A DNA stretch of 64,000 nt from a virus. The DNA is taken from positions 46,999 to 110,998 of the IMG/VR virus record IMGVR_UViG_3300020162_001876; one strand, 5' to 3'. A program made the translations under genes and the position numbers. This document shows, piece after piece, positions 40,576 through 50,744 of the stretch. Every line of letters begins with the position of its first letter. Within the stretch, counting starts at the first letter, position 1. Below the pieces are notes generated by a model, which saw nothing but the letters and a program-made list of their open reading frames with translations, did not search any database and was not told the origin of the DNA.

Positions 40576-41646
40576 ATGGCCAGTAAAAAAGAAGAAAGCC
40601 TTTCCGGCAAAGTCGGAAAGGCAGTTACTGGAACTTTTTCACTTGATAAGTTCAAAAAAGGTAAAAATTTAGGACAGGGTGCTTCAAATTTTAAACCACA
40701 AGCGTGGATTAAATTTACTGAACCGGTTGCTGAAACATTAGAAATGCCTGGTATCCCTAAAGGGCATATCTCATTAGTGAGGGGTCATAGTAATACAGGT
40801 AAAACAACCTTATTAATTGAAGCGGCTATTGAAGCTCAAAAAACCAACGTACTTCCAGTTATTATAATTACTGAGATGAAACACAGTTGGGAACATTGGT
40901 CAGCAATGGGATTTGATTTAGGGGAAACTGTAGATACAGATGGTAATAAGGAATATGCTGGATTTTTCTTATATGCTGATAGAGAACAACTTCAATCAAT
41001 TGAAGATGTAGCAGCATTTATTGCTGATTTATTAGATGAACAGAAAAAAGGAAATTTACCTTATGATTTATTATTCTTATGGGATTCAATTGGTTCTATT
41101 CCCTGCCAAATGTCATTAGAGAAAAATTCTAATTCTCCAATGTGGAATGCTGGAGCGATGTCTCAGCAGTTTAGTAATTTTATTAATCAAAGAATTGTAA
41201 TGTCTCGTAAGGAATCACAACCTTATACTAATACAATGCTTTGTGTAAATAAAGTATGGGTAGAACCCGCTTTAATGCCTATGGCTCAACCTAAATTACG
41301 TAATAAAAACGGTGATAGTATGTTTTTTGATGCTTCATTTATTATTACTTTTGGTAACGTAACTAGTCCTGGTACTCAAAAAGTTAAAGCTACTAGAAAT
41401 GGTAAAGAAATTGAGTTTGCATTAAAAACTAAAATATCTTGTGATAAAAATCACGTAACAGGTGTAACCGCTAAAGGGACTATTGTAAGTACAGCTCACG
41501 GGTTTATTAAAAATTCACCTAATGAAATAAATAAGTATAAAAAAGAACATTCTAAAAATTGGGCTAGCATTTTAGGTAGTGATGATTTTGACATTGTTGA
41601 AGAAGAAAATACAGATTTTGTTGGGATAGATACATCAGAAATTTAA
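40576..41646 (+). CDS. uvsX: RecA/UvsX-like recombinase
   Basis: Walker A GHSNTGKT, Walker B FLWDSIGS, KNHV near C-terminus. Confidence 0.8.
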   Translation: MASKKEESLSGKVGKAVTGTFSLDKFKKGKNLGQGASNFKPQAWIKFTEPVAETLEMPGIPKGHISLVRGHSNTGKTTLLIEAAIEAQKTNVLPVIIITEMKHSWEHWSAMGFDLGETVDTDGNKEYAGFFLYADREQLQSIEDVAAFIADLLDEQKKGNLPYDLLFLWDSIGSIPCQMSLEKNSNSPMWNAGAMSQQFSNFINQRIVMSRKESQPYTNTMLCVNKVWVEPALMPMAQPKLRNKNGDSMFFDASFIITFGNVTSPGTQKVKATRNGKEIEFALKTKISCDKNHVTGVTAKGTIVSTAHGFIKNSPNEINKYKKEHSKNWASILGSDDFDIVEEENTDFVGIDTSEI

Positions 41647-41648
41647 TT

Positions 41649-42677
41649 ATGAATTATAAAGATCTTTTAAATAATATAAAAGAAGATTCAACTAGTGAGG
41701 CCCTGCATTTAAATAGTAGGGTCTTACTTGTCGATAGTATGAATACCTTCTTAAGATCATTTGCTGTTATAAACAGTACAAATACTCAAGGAACTCAAAT
41801 AGGAGGTATGGTTGGATTTTTAAGATCATTAGCTTATGTAGTTAACTTAATACAACCTACTAGGGTAATATGTGTTTTTGATGGTGAAGGAAATACTACA
41901 AGTAGAAAAAATTTATATTCTGATTATAAAGCTAATCGTAAATTAAAAAGAGTGACAAATTGGTCCTCATTTGATAATTTAGAAGAAGAATCTGCTTCAT
42001 TATCACAACAAATGTTAAGATTAATTGATTATTTAAAAACGCTACCTATAAACATTATAACAAGGGATAAATTAGAAGCAGATGATATTATAGGTTATTT
42101 ATCCCCTAGATTCGATTCTACTATTATAATGTCAGCGGACCAGGATTTTTTACAATTATGTAGTGATAAAGTGCAAGTATATTCACCAATTAAGAAAAAA
42201 TTTTATGGTCCTAAAGAAGTGTTCGATGAATATGGGTTATGGCCTCAAAACTTTATAAATTATAAAGTATTAATGGGTGACACATCAGATAATTTACCTG
42301 GAGTTAAAGGTTTAGGTCCTAAAAAATTATATAAATTATTTCCTGAAATAACAGGAGATAGACAAGTACCTTTACAAGAAATTATTCAAAAAGGATATGA
42401 TAATAGTGAGGTAAATGGTCTTTATGGTAATGTTTATTTATTTAGAAAACAGTTGGAAATCAACGAGAAACTAATGTCATTAGCAAACCCCAATATGCCT
42501 GACTATGATATCAAAGTACTTAAAGATCTAATTAAAGAAGAACCTTATACTCTAAATCAAACAAGATTCTTACAATTACATCAATCAGATTTACTAGAAA
42601 TTCAAATCTCTCCTAATATAGAGTTTTGGGTCTCAAATAATTTTTCATATCTTACAAAATATAAACATAAAAAATAA
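41649..42677 (+). CDS. 5'-3' exonuclease / T4 RNase H-like flap nuclease
   Basis: VFDG, YKANR, EADDIIG, SADQDFLQL, GDTSDNLPGVKGLGPK. Confidence 0.92.
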   Translation: MNYKDLLNNIKEDSTSEALHLNSRVLLVDSMNTFLRSFAVINSTNTQGTQIGGMVGFLRSLAYVVNLIQPTRVICVFDGEGNTTSRKNLYSDYKANRKLKRVTNWSSFDNLEEESASLSQQMLRLIDYLKTLPINIITRDKLEADDIIGYLSPRFDSTIIMSADQDFLQLCSDKVQVYSPIKKKFYGPKEVFDEYGLWPQNFINYKVLMGDTSDNLPGVKGLGPKKLYKLFPEITGDRQVPLQEIIQKGYDNSEVNGLYGNVYLFRKQLEINEKLMSLANPNMPDYDIKVLKDLIKEEPYTLNQTRFLQLHQSDLLEIQISPNIEFWVSNNFSYLTKYKHKK

Positions 42678-42688
42678 AAGTTATATAA

Positions 42689-44074
42689 ATGGTTGCATTT
42701 TCAAGTTTAAAGGATTATGGTCCTACTTTTCAAATAAAAGTTATAAGTTCCTTGTTAAAAAATAAGGGATTTTTACTTAATGTTAGAGACATTATTGATG
42801 ATAATCATTTTGAACATCCTGGCCATAAATGGATTTTAACTGAAGCATTAAAATATTTTGATAAATTTCATACTACTCCTACTCTTGATTCATTAAAAAT
42901 AGAAGTTAAGAAAATTGATAATGATATTTTACAAACAGCTGTAAAAGAGCAATTAAAATTAATTTACACCACTCAATATGATGATCAAGAATATGTTGAA
43001 GAAGAATTTGCTAACTTCTGTAAAAATCAATTACTAAAAAACGCATTACTTGATTCAGTAGATTTATTAAAAAGTGGTCATTACGATGATATTAGATTAT
43101 TAATTGATAATGCTTTAAAAGCAGGGGCCGATAAAAATCTAGGTCACGAGTATAAAAAAGATGTTGAATCTCGTTATAGAGAATCAAGTAGAAAAGTAGT
43201 ACCTACACCTTGGGCCATATTAAATACATTACTACAAGGTGGATTAGGTGGAGGTGATTATGGTTTAATCTATGGTGGTCCTGGTGGTGGTAAATCATGG
43301 GATTTAGTAGCCTTAGGAGCATTTGCTGGTTCATTAGGTTATAAAGTAATTCATTATACTTTAGAATTAGGTGAAGATTATGTTGGTAAAAGATATGATG
43401 CCTACTACACAGGGATTTCTGTAAGTGATGTTCACAATTTTCAAGATAAAATTAAGGAAATGTTAGATGAATATGATGATAATATTATTATTAAAGAATA
43501 TCCATCTAAAGGAGCATCTTTAACTACAATTAAATCGCATATTCAAAAAACAATGGATTTAGGTTTTACTCCTGATTTAATTTTAATTGATTATGTAGAT
43601 TTATTAAAACCTCCTTCAAGACGTAAAGAAAAAAAAGAAGAAATTGATGATTTACATTATGGAACTAAAGGTTTAGCCAAAGAATTAAATTTGCCTATTT
43701 GGTCTGTTTCACAAGTAAATAGAGCAGGTGCTAAAGATGAAATTGTAGAAGGTGATAAATCAGCAGGTTCATATGAAAAACAAGCCATTGTAGATTTTGG
43801 TATGTCTCAATCTAGGTTGAAAAAAGATAAAACTGAAGGTACAGGTAGATGGCATATTCAAAAGAATCGTTATGGTCCTGATGGTATGACTTACAATGTC
43901 AATATTGATACATCTTGTGGTCATATTGAAGTGCTAGGAGAATATGATGATACTGAAGATTATAAAAATCAACCACAAGCTTCTGCATCTAAATTTGGAG
44001 GAATTACTTCTAATGAGAAAAATACAATGAGTAATTTATTTAAAAATTTTACTTTAAACACTGATACTGAATAA
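42689..44074 (+). CDS. replicative helicase (DnaB/gp41-like)
   Basis: GGPGGGKS, TLEL, IDYVDLL, SQVNR, KNRYG. Confidence 0.92.
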   Translation: MVAFSSLKDYGPTFQIKVISSLLKNKGFLLNVRDIIDDNHFEHPGHKWILTEALKYFDKFHTTPTLDSLKIEVKKIDNDILQTAVKEQLKLIYTTQYDDQEYVEEEFANFCKNQLLKNALLDSVDLLKSGHYDDIRLLIDNALKAGADKNLGHEYKKDVESRYRESSRKVVPTPWAILNTLLQGGLGGGDYGLIYGGPGGGKSWDLVALGAFAGSLGYKVIHYTLELGEDYVGKRYDAYYTGISVSDVHNFQDKIKEMLDEYDDNIIIKEYPSKGASLTTIKSHIQKTMDLGFTPDLILIDYVDLLKPPSRRKEKKEEIDDLHYGTKGLAKELNLPIWSVSQVNRAGAKDEIVEGDKSAGSYEKQAIVDFGMSQSRLKKDKTEGTGRWHIQKNRYGPDGMTYNVNIDTSCGHIEVLGEYDDTEDYKNQPQASASKFGGITSNEKNTMSNLFKNFTLNTDTE

Positions 44075-44109
44075 TATTTATAACCACGTCTTTTAAATTT
44101 TAAAAATTT

Positions 44110-45060
44110 ATGTTAACAATACCTCGCCATTATTATAAACCATTTGAATATCAAGAAGCTTTTGATTTTTATTTAAATCAACAAAGAGCTCACTGGTTAG
44201 CAGATGAAGTTCCTTTAGCATCTGATTTAAATGATTGGAAATTAAAACTAACAGAAGAAGAAAAAAACCTAATAGGTAACATTTTAAAATCATTTGCTCA
44301 AACTGAAGTACATGTAAATGATTATTGGTCATCAAATGTATCTAAATGGTTCCCAAAACCTGAAATAGTAGCAATGACTTCTACATTTGGTTCTTTTGAA
44401 GCAATTCATGCTCAAGCATATGCTCGATTAAACGAAGAATTAGGATTAGAAGATTTTGCAGCCTTTTTGGAAGATGAAGCATCAGCTGCTAAAATTGATA
44501 GATTATTAAATACTCCTAATGAAACTTTAGAAGAAAAAGCGCAATCTTTAGCAATATTTTCTGCTTTTACTGAAGGTGTTAATTTGTTTTCTTCATTCGC
44601 TATATTAATGTCTTTTCAATTAAGAAATTTAATGAAAGGTACCGGACAAATTGTAGAATGGAGTGTAAGAGATGAATCTTTACATTCAAAAGCTGGGTGT
44701 TGGCTATTTAGAACTTTATTAAATGAGAATCCTAAATTAAACACTGATGATTTACGTAATAAAATAACTGAAGCTTGTCATTTATCAGTAAAATTAGAAT
44801 TTGATTTTATTGATAAAGCTTTTGAAATGGGTGATATTGAAGGTTTAAATAAAGATCAATTAAAAAACTTTATTAAAGCTAGAGCAAATGAAAAAATAGT
44901 TGAATTGGGTTATCATGCTATATATAATGATATTGACCCAAATTTATTAAAACAAATGGAGTGGTTTGGTCATTTAACATCAGGTAAAACACATCAAGAT
45001 TTTTTCGCAGGTAGAGTAACAAGTTATGCAAAATCCACAGCCGATTGGGATGATTTATAA
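44110..45060 (+). CDS. nrdB: ribonucleotide reductase class Ia beta subunit
   Basis: EAIHAQAY, EGVNLFSSF, RDESLH, DFFAGRVTSY. Confidence 0.93.
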   Translation: MLTIPRHYYKPFEYQEAFDFYLNQQRAHWLADEVPLASDLNDWKLKLTEEEKNLIGNILKSFAQTEVHVNDYWSSNVSKWFPKPEIVAMTSTFGSFEAIHAQAYARLNEELGLEDFAAFLEDEASAAKIDRLLNTPNETLEEKAQSLAIFSAFTEGVNLFSSFAILMSFQLRNLMKGTGQIVEWSVRDESLHSKAGCWLFRTLLNENPKLNTDDLRNKITEACHLSVKLEFDFIDKAFEMGDIEGLNKDQLKNFIKARANEKIVELGYHAIYNDIDPNLLKQMEWFGHLTSGKTHQDFFAGRVTSYAKSTADWDDL

Positions 45061-45074
45061 ATAAATAATTAAAA

Positions 45075-46802
45075 ATGAGTATACAAGTAGATACAAGTAC
45101 ATGGGTTAAAGGAAAACAATACCCAACATGGGCTGATGAAATTTCATTAAGTATTATTTCTAAAGGGTATTTATTACCTGAAGAAGATATGTTTAAGGCT
45201 TTTACTAGAGTTAGCAAAGCATCAGCACGAAGATTAAAAAGAAAAGACTTACAACCATTCTTTTATGAAGCAATGGTTAAAAATTGGTTATGTTTAGCAT
45301 CACCTGTATTTTCAAATATGGGAACTGAAAGAGGTATGCCTATTTCATGTTTTGGAATTGATGTAGATGATTCAATTGAAGGAATTGCTCATTCTAATTC
45401 TGAATTAATGAGATTATCTTCACAAGGGGGTGGAGTAGGAGTAGGTTTATCTCGTATTAGAGGTAGAGGTAAAACTATTAAAGATAACGGTGTAAGTGAA
45501 GGAGTAGTACCTTGGGCTAAAATATTTGATTCAACTATATTAGCAACTAATCAAGGCTCAGTACGTAGAGGAGCAGCATCTGTTAATTTAAGTATTAATC
45601 ATCCTGATATCGAAGAATTTATGAGTATTCGTAGACCAAAAGGTGATGTTAATAGACAATGCTTAAATCTTCATCAATGTGTTATAATTGATGATGAATT
45701 TATGAATAAACTTGAAGAAAGAGATCCTAAATCATTAAAATTATGGGGAGAAATTCTTAAAACTCGTTTAGAAACAGGTGAACCCTATATAATGTTTGAG
45801 GATAATATTAATAATACTAACCCTCAACCCTATAAAAATAATAATCTTAAAGTAACAATGACAAACATTTGTTCTGAAATTGCACTTTATACAGATGAAT
45901 TACACTCATTCATATGTTGTTTATCCTCATTAAATTTAGCAAGATGGGATGAATGGAAAGATTATAAATTTGAAAATGGTATGACCTTACCCGAGTTATC
46001 TACTTGGTTTTTAGAAGGAGCATTACAAGAATTTATTGATAGAGCAAAACATATTAAGTTTTTTGAAAATACTGTACGTTCCGCTACTAAAGGAAGAGCA
46101 ATTGGCTTAGGGGTTTTAGGATGGCATACATTTTTACAATCTAAAAATTTACCATTTATCGGAATACAAGCAGATACTTATACTAGAATGATGTTTGATT
46201 TTATTGAACAAGAATCTATTAAAGCCTCTAAAGCTCAAGCATTAGAATATGGTGAACCTGAATGGTGTAAAGGAACCGGATTACGTCATACACATTTAAT
46301 GGCTATAGCTCCAACAGTATCAAATGCCCATATTTCAGGGGGTGTTTCACCTTCAATTGAACCAATTCCTGCTAATGTTTTTAATTTAAAAACAGCTAAA
46401 GGAGTATTTATTAAGAAAAATCCAATATTAGAAAAATTATTAGAAAGTAAAGGATTTAATATTGATAGTGTTTGGGATCAAATATTAAAAGATCAAGGTT
46501 CAGTATTAGGATTACCTGATTATATTTTATCAGATGAAGAAAAAGAAGTATTTTTAACTTTTAAAGAGATTAACCAGTTAGAAATTGTAAAACAAAATGC
46601 TATTAGACAAAAATATGTTGATCAAGCAATTTCTTTAAATTTATCTTTTGATCCTAACGATACACCTAAATGGATTAGTACTGTACATAAAGAAGCACAT
46701 GCTTTAGGGATTAAAACCTTATACTATTTAAGAACTGAATCAGTATTAAGAGGAGATAATTTACAACGTACCGCTGAAAGTTGTGTTAGTTGTGAAGGTT
46801 AA
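45075..46802 (+). CDS. nrdA: ribonucleotide reductase class Ia alpha subunit (no ATP cone evident)
   Basis: PISCF, TNICSE, APTVS, KTLYY, C-terminal CVSCEG. Confidence 0.93.
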   Translation: MSIQVDTSTWVKGKQYPTWADEISLSIISKGYLLPEEDMFKAFTRVSKASARRLKRKDLQPFFYEAMVKNWLCLASPVFSNMGTERGMPISCFGIDVDDSIEGIAHSNSELMRLSSQGGGVGVGLSRIRGRGKTIKDNGVSEGVVPWAKIFDSTILATNQGSVRRGAASVNLSINHPDIEEFMSIRRPKGDVNRQCLNLHQCVIIDDEFMNKLEERDPKSLKLWGEILKTRLETGEPYIMFEDNINNTNPQPYKNNNLKVTMTNICSEIALYTDELHSFICCLSSLNLARWDEWKDYKFENGMTLPELSTWFLEGALQEFIDRAKHIKFFENTVRSATKGRAIGLGVLGWHTFLQSKNLPFIGIQADTYTRMMFDFIEQESIKASKAQALEYGEPEWCKGTGLRHTHLMAIAPTVSNAHISGGVSPSIEPIPANVFNLKTAKGVFIKKNPILEKLLESKGFNIDSVWDQILKDQGSVLGLPDYILSDEEKEVFLTFKEINQLEIVKQNAIRQKYVDQAISLNLSFDPNDTPKWISTVHKEAHALGIKTLYYLRTESVLRGDNLQRTAESCVSCEG

Positions 46803-46826
46803 ATAATATTATAAATCTTTAAAAAG

Positions 46827-46852
46827 AAGCCCTAGATATTCTAGGGCTTTTT
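46827..46852 (+). terminator. intrinsic terminator
   Basis: AAGCCCTAGA-tat-TCTAGGGCTT plus T run. Confidence 0.8.
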
Positions 46853-46929
46853 ATATTTATATTAAAATAGTTCTTGTTAATATGGTTTTATTATTAGGTT
46901 ATAATTAATCAATTTAAAAACATATTATT

Positions 46930-47169
46930 ATGGGATTTTTTAGCATTTTTAAGAAATCAAATGATTACAACGAAAAAGTTGTAATAGGATTTCTATCTTT
47001 TATGGTAATGGTTATCGCAATCGCAATAGACCTAATTACAGGATACATGGGCAAGGCATTGGAATTAAATGAATACATATTTGATGCATTCATGTATATA
47101 ACTCTTGGCAGTTTTCTTCCTGATGTAATTGAAAAGTTTGCCGGTTTTAGAAATAATAAACCAGAATAA
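46930..47169 (+). CDS. small two-TM membrane protein (holin-like)
   Basis: Two hydrophobic segments, start of lysis block. Confidence 0.55.
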   Translation: MGFFSIFKKSNDYNEKVVIGFLSFMVMVIAIAIDLITGYMGKALELNEYIFDAFMYITLGSFLPDVIEKFAGFRNNKPE

Positions 47170-47179
47170 ACTTAAAATC

Positions 47180-47575
47180 TTGAAAAACTTAAATGAATTT
47201 ATACCTGCATTTCTAAATGGGGGATGGGTAGTATTATTAATAGGGGCAGCAGGAATGATTGCCCGATTAGTGACTTCCTCTTCTCCTGAAGAAACCAGTA
47301 CCAATAATATTGTTAAAAATATCATAGCAGCTATGATTACTTCTTTATTGGCTTGGTTTATCCTAGAACAATTTGAAATTGACTCATTATATAAGGCTTT
47401 AATTTACGGTTTAGGAGGTCTAAATTCACCAGAAATCTTAAGTGGAATTTTAAAAATATCTACATCATTCTCAAATAACCCAGGTGAGTTCCTTTCAAAT
47501 ATAAAATCAGGTAAGGTACAAACATCTCCTAAAAGAAATACAAAAGTCATAAAAAGACCAGTTAAAAGAAAATAA
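47180..47575 (+). CDS. three-TM membrane protein (holin-like), TTG start inferred
   Basis: Hydrophobic helices and basic C-terminal tail. Confidence 0.55.
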   Translation: MKNLNEFIPAFLNGGWVVLLIGAAGMIARLVTSSSPEETSTNNIVKNIIAAMITSLLAWFILEQFEIDSLYKALIYGLGGLNSPEILSGILKISTSFSNNPGEFLSNIKSGKVQTSPKRNTKVIKRPVKRK

Positions 47576-47579
47576 TTAT

Positions 47580-48281
47580 ATGAACAACCAAAAGACATTT
47601 ATGTTAGTTTTAACCTCAATCGTTCTACTTATTGCAGGTTATGGAATTTATGTAGAGAAGAGTATTAAAGCTTCTGCTACAACAATCTTAGAGGATAGGC
47701 TAAAACCTGTACCTCTTATCTCTCACAGATTCGATTACTATGGAACTACCATCCAGGATAACTTTTCCAGTAATGTAGTTAACTATGAACAATTACTAGC
47801 CAATAGAGGGGAAATGGAAAGAGTAAAGAGAGAAACTGAAGAAGGTTGGAATGCTTACAAAGAAACTTACTTAACTCCTGAAGAAGCAAAATTAGTAGAA
47901 CGTGCTCAAAAGGGAATGGATGAGGCTGATGCTTTGGTTAGTTTATTATTAGAAAAAGCAGTTACTGATAGAAAAGCAGTAGATAGTATTCTAAAAACTG
48001 GAATATTAAATGAAAAAATCACTCCTGTACTTGACGATACCAATGCTTTAATGGATTTACAAACTGAGGTTGGTAAACAAGAAACTATCAAAATGATTGA
48101 GTTACTTAAAAACTTTTCAAATTTTATGATGGGTGCCTTAGCTTTAGCAATTGTATTACTAGGTTCTATAGTATATCCAATGATAAAGAAGCCAAAAGAA
48201 CAACCTAAAACAAGAAGAAAAGCTCCTGTTAAAAAACCAGCGGCTAGAAAAACAACACCTAGAAAAACTGTTAAAAAATAA
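47580..48281 (+). CDS. membrane protein with chemoreceptor-type four-helix-bundle sensor domain
   Basis: TM - ILEDRLKPV...WNAYKETYLTPEEAKL...LMDLQ - TM - Lys-rich tail. Confidence 0.6.
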   Translation: MNNQKTFMLVLTSIVLLIAGYGIYVEKSIKASATTILEDRLKPVPLISHRFDYYGTTIQDNFSSNVVNYEQLLANRGEMERVKRETEEGWNAYKETYLTPEEAKLVERAQKGMDEADALVSLLLEKAVTDRKAVDSILKTGILNEKITPVLDDTNALMDLQTEVGKQETIKMIELLKNFSNFMMGALALAIVLLGSIVYPMIKKPKEQPKTRRKAPVKKPAARKTTPRKTVKK

Positions 48282-48721
48282 TGAAAAAACTTTTTATCTT
48301 TTTTATATTTTTAATATCTTTTATGAGCTATTCTCAAGCTAAATATTATATATGTTTTGCCCCAAATATAGCTTTTAATTCAACCACCCAAGATCCCAAA
48401 AACTTATTAGGATGTAACATAGAAATAGGTAAGTATGTAGGAAATACTTCTATAGGAATTACAACAGGTTTATACTCTATAGAGAGTAAATCATTATACT
48501 CAGAATTAATTGTCACTGTACCTATCAGTAAAGAATATCCAATTTCAATATCAGCAGGAGTAGGATGGTTTTATTTCCAAAAAGATATTACAATGGAGTA
48601 TGATATTAACTATGCTTTTAAACTTAAAGATGATTTATCACTTATAATAACATTAAATAATCAAAGTGCTTTTGGTACTACTTCACAAGCTTTTTGCATA
48701 GGGTTAAATAAGGATTTTTAA
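48281..48721 (+). CDS. secreted/outer-membrane beta-barrel-like protein
   Basis: Signal peptide MKKLFIFFIFLISFMSYSQ, alternating beta pattern, terminal Phe. Confidence 0.55.
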   Translation: MKKLFIFFIFLISFMSYSQAKYYICFAPNIAFNSTTQDPKNLLGCNIEIGKYVGNTSIGITTGLYSIESKSLYSELIVTVPISKEYPISISAGVGWFYFQKDITMEYDINYAFKLKDDLSLIITLNNQSAFGTTSQAFCIGLNKDF

Positions 48722-48754
48722 TTAAATATTTATTATAAATAAAAACCACATAAT

Positions 48755-49366
48755 ATGAGTTTAACATCACTACAGACTAAAATTGGAGTAGCAGCTGACG
48801 GAGCATTTAGCCCAGGCACAATGAAAAAAGCAATGGAGTTTTATAAATTAACTCCAGTAAGAGCAGCACATTTCTTTGCTCAAACCTCTCACGAAACAGG
48901 AGGGTTTAAAGCATTCTCGGAAAATTTAAACTACTCAGCACAAGGTCTACAAGGTATATTTGGAAAATATTTTCCAGGTAATTTAGAAGAATCTTACGCT
49001 AGAAATCCTGAAAAGATTGCAAATAGAGTCTATGCATCGAGAATGGGTAATGGAGATGAAAAATCAGGAGATGGTTGGAAATTTAGAGGAAGAGGTGCTC
49101 TTCAGTTAACTGGAAAAGATAACTACAAGGCATTTTCAGACTACTTAAAGAAACCTGAAATCATGACTAACCCTGATCTAGTAGCTACAACGTATTCATT
49201 TGAATCAGCAATGTTCTTCTTTGATAAAAACAAATTATGGTCAATCTGTGATCAAGGAATCAATGATGCAGCTATATTAGCTCTTACAAAAAGAATTAAC
49301 GGTGGTACTCACGGGTTAGAAGATAGAAATCAAAAAACTAAAAAGTATTACGAATACGTTAAATAA
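48755..49366 (+). CDS. glycoside hydrolase family 19 endolysin
   Basis: AHFFAQTSHETGG, ENLNYS, FRGRGALQLTGKDNY, TKRINGG. Confidence 0.93.
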   Translation: MSLTSLQTKIGVAADGAFSPGTMKKAMEFYKLTPVRAAHFFAQTSHETGGFKAFSENLNYSAQGLQGIFGKYFPGNLEESYARNPEKIANRVYASRMGNGDEKSGDGWKFRGRGALQLTGKDNYKAFSDYLKKPEIMTNPDLVATTYSFESAMFFFDKNKLWSICDQGINDAAILALTKRINGGTHGLEDRNQKTKKYYEYVK

Positions 49367-49373
49367 AATTGTT

Positions 49374-49964
49374 ATGGATAACTTTGATATAAAAAAATAT
49401 CTAATTGAAAATCAACTAACAACTAATTCACAGCAGTTAAATGAAATAAATTGGAAAGGATTAGCCGCTGGGGCTGCTATGACGTTGGGTACGTTAGGCG
49501 CGCAAGGACAAACAACAGAACCAACTGCACAAACATCAACAACTCAAACAACACAACAAAAATCAATGTTCGGTACACCAGAACAAAGAGCTGCTGCTAA
49601 GGCTAAAAGAGAAGCTCAACGTAAAAAGAATTTTGATATTTCTGTAAATAATGCTTATGGAATGGGATTTGTTGAAGATATTGAAGAAGAAGAATTTAAT
49701 ACTGGTTGTAATATAGCCAATAATCAAGAATTAAAATATTTAGATAGTTCATCACCTGAATTCCCTAATTTCGTATATAGAGAAATGGAAGATGGTACCA
49801 AAGTTAAGATTAATATGAAAAAATATCTTAATTATATTAGAAAACAAAATAAACAAGCTGATGTACCTTTAGATGGGTTACAAGGACCTAACTTTAAATC
49901 AACAAAATGTGGTGTTTCAAAGGATGCTGCTAAACAATCTAAAAGTGATTGGGGAAAAAAATAA
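49374..49964 (+). CDS. putative internal head protein with hydrophobic segment after leader
   Basis: MDNFDIKKYLIEN...LNE then WKGLAAGAAMTLGTLGAQG. Confidence 0.5.
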   Translation: MDNFDIKKYLIENQLTTNSQQLNEINWKGLAAGAAMTLGTLGAQGQTTEPTAQTSTTQTTQQKSMFGTPEQRAAAKAKREAQRKKNFDISVNNAYGMGFVEDIEEEEFNTGCNIANNQELKYLDSSSPEFPNFVYREMEDGTKVKINMKKYLNYIRKQNKQADVPLDGLQGPNFKSTKCGVSKDAAKQSKSDWGKK

Positions 49965-49975
49965 TTTAAGTTAAT

Positions 49976-50401
49976 ATGAAAACATCACTTATAATCACAT
50001 TAACATTGACAACAGCTTGCGCATTTATAGGTTCCTACTTTATGGAACTCACAGCAGATAACATCGAACAATATCTTTCAGTAGCATTTGTAGTATTTGC
50101 TGATGGATTTTTTGGTGTGTGGGCAGGTACAAAAACTAAGGGTTTCCAAACTTGCAAAGCATTAAAAGTATTAAGAACCTTTGGATTCTGGGTAGTAATG
50201 CTATCTGCTATATTAACTATAGAGAAAGGATTTACTGGAACATCGTGGTTAAGTGAAACTATTATGGCTCCATTTTTAGTATTTCAATTAATTTCTATTT
50301 TTAAAAATGCTTCAATGGTAGGTATAGTAAAAAATGAGCTACTTATACAAATTTTAGACAAACTAGATAAACATAAAGGTGAAAGAGATAACAGCAATTA
50401 A
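49976..50401 (+). CDS. phage holin
   Basis: Multi-TM, D..FGVW..., ISIFKNA...G pattern; near endolysin. Confidence 0.7.
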   Translation: MKTSLIITLTLTTACAFIGSYFMELTADNIEQYLSVAFVVFADGFFGVWAGTKTKGFQTCKALKVLRTFGFWVVMLSAILTIEKGFTGTSWLSETIMAPFLVFQLISIFKNASMVGIVKNELLIQILDKLDKHKGERDNSN

Positions 50402-50744
50402 CAAGCAAAATATAGTGTTAGCTATAGTAGCAGGACTATTAATATGGAACCTTATCAATACTAGAGGAATTTCTACAGATATTAAACAATACAAAAAACA
50501 GATAGAGCTAATAGAAACAAAAGTAGACTCTGCAAAAACTATAGACAAAACTATAACAGTAAAGATAGACTCAGTTCAACAAAGAGTGTTTGGAATTTCA
50601 AAAGAAATTCACTATATTGATAAAAATATAAACATAATAAAAAAACAAACAGATGAAAAAGTTAGCAGTTCTAATAGGTTTTCTAATGCTGAGCTTGAGC
50701 AGTTTTTCTCAAACAGATACAACCAAGGTAGTAATTCCAACTAA
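50379..50744 (+). CDS. inner-membrane spanin-like protein
   Basis: N-terminal TM plus periplasmic coiled coil; overlaps next gene. Confidence 0.55.
   Translation: MKEITAINKQNIVLAIVAGLLIWNLINTRGISTDIKQYKKQIELIETKVDSAKTIDKTITVKIDSVQQRVFGISKEIHYIDKNINIIKKQTDEKVSSSNRFSNAELEQFFSNRYNQGSNSN

Noticed and set aside
44110-46802. Introns or inteins in RNR, terminase, helicase or polymerase
   Set aside because: All are continuous and of normal or short length, with no intein terminal motifs evident.
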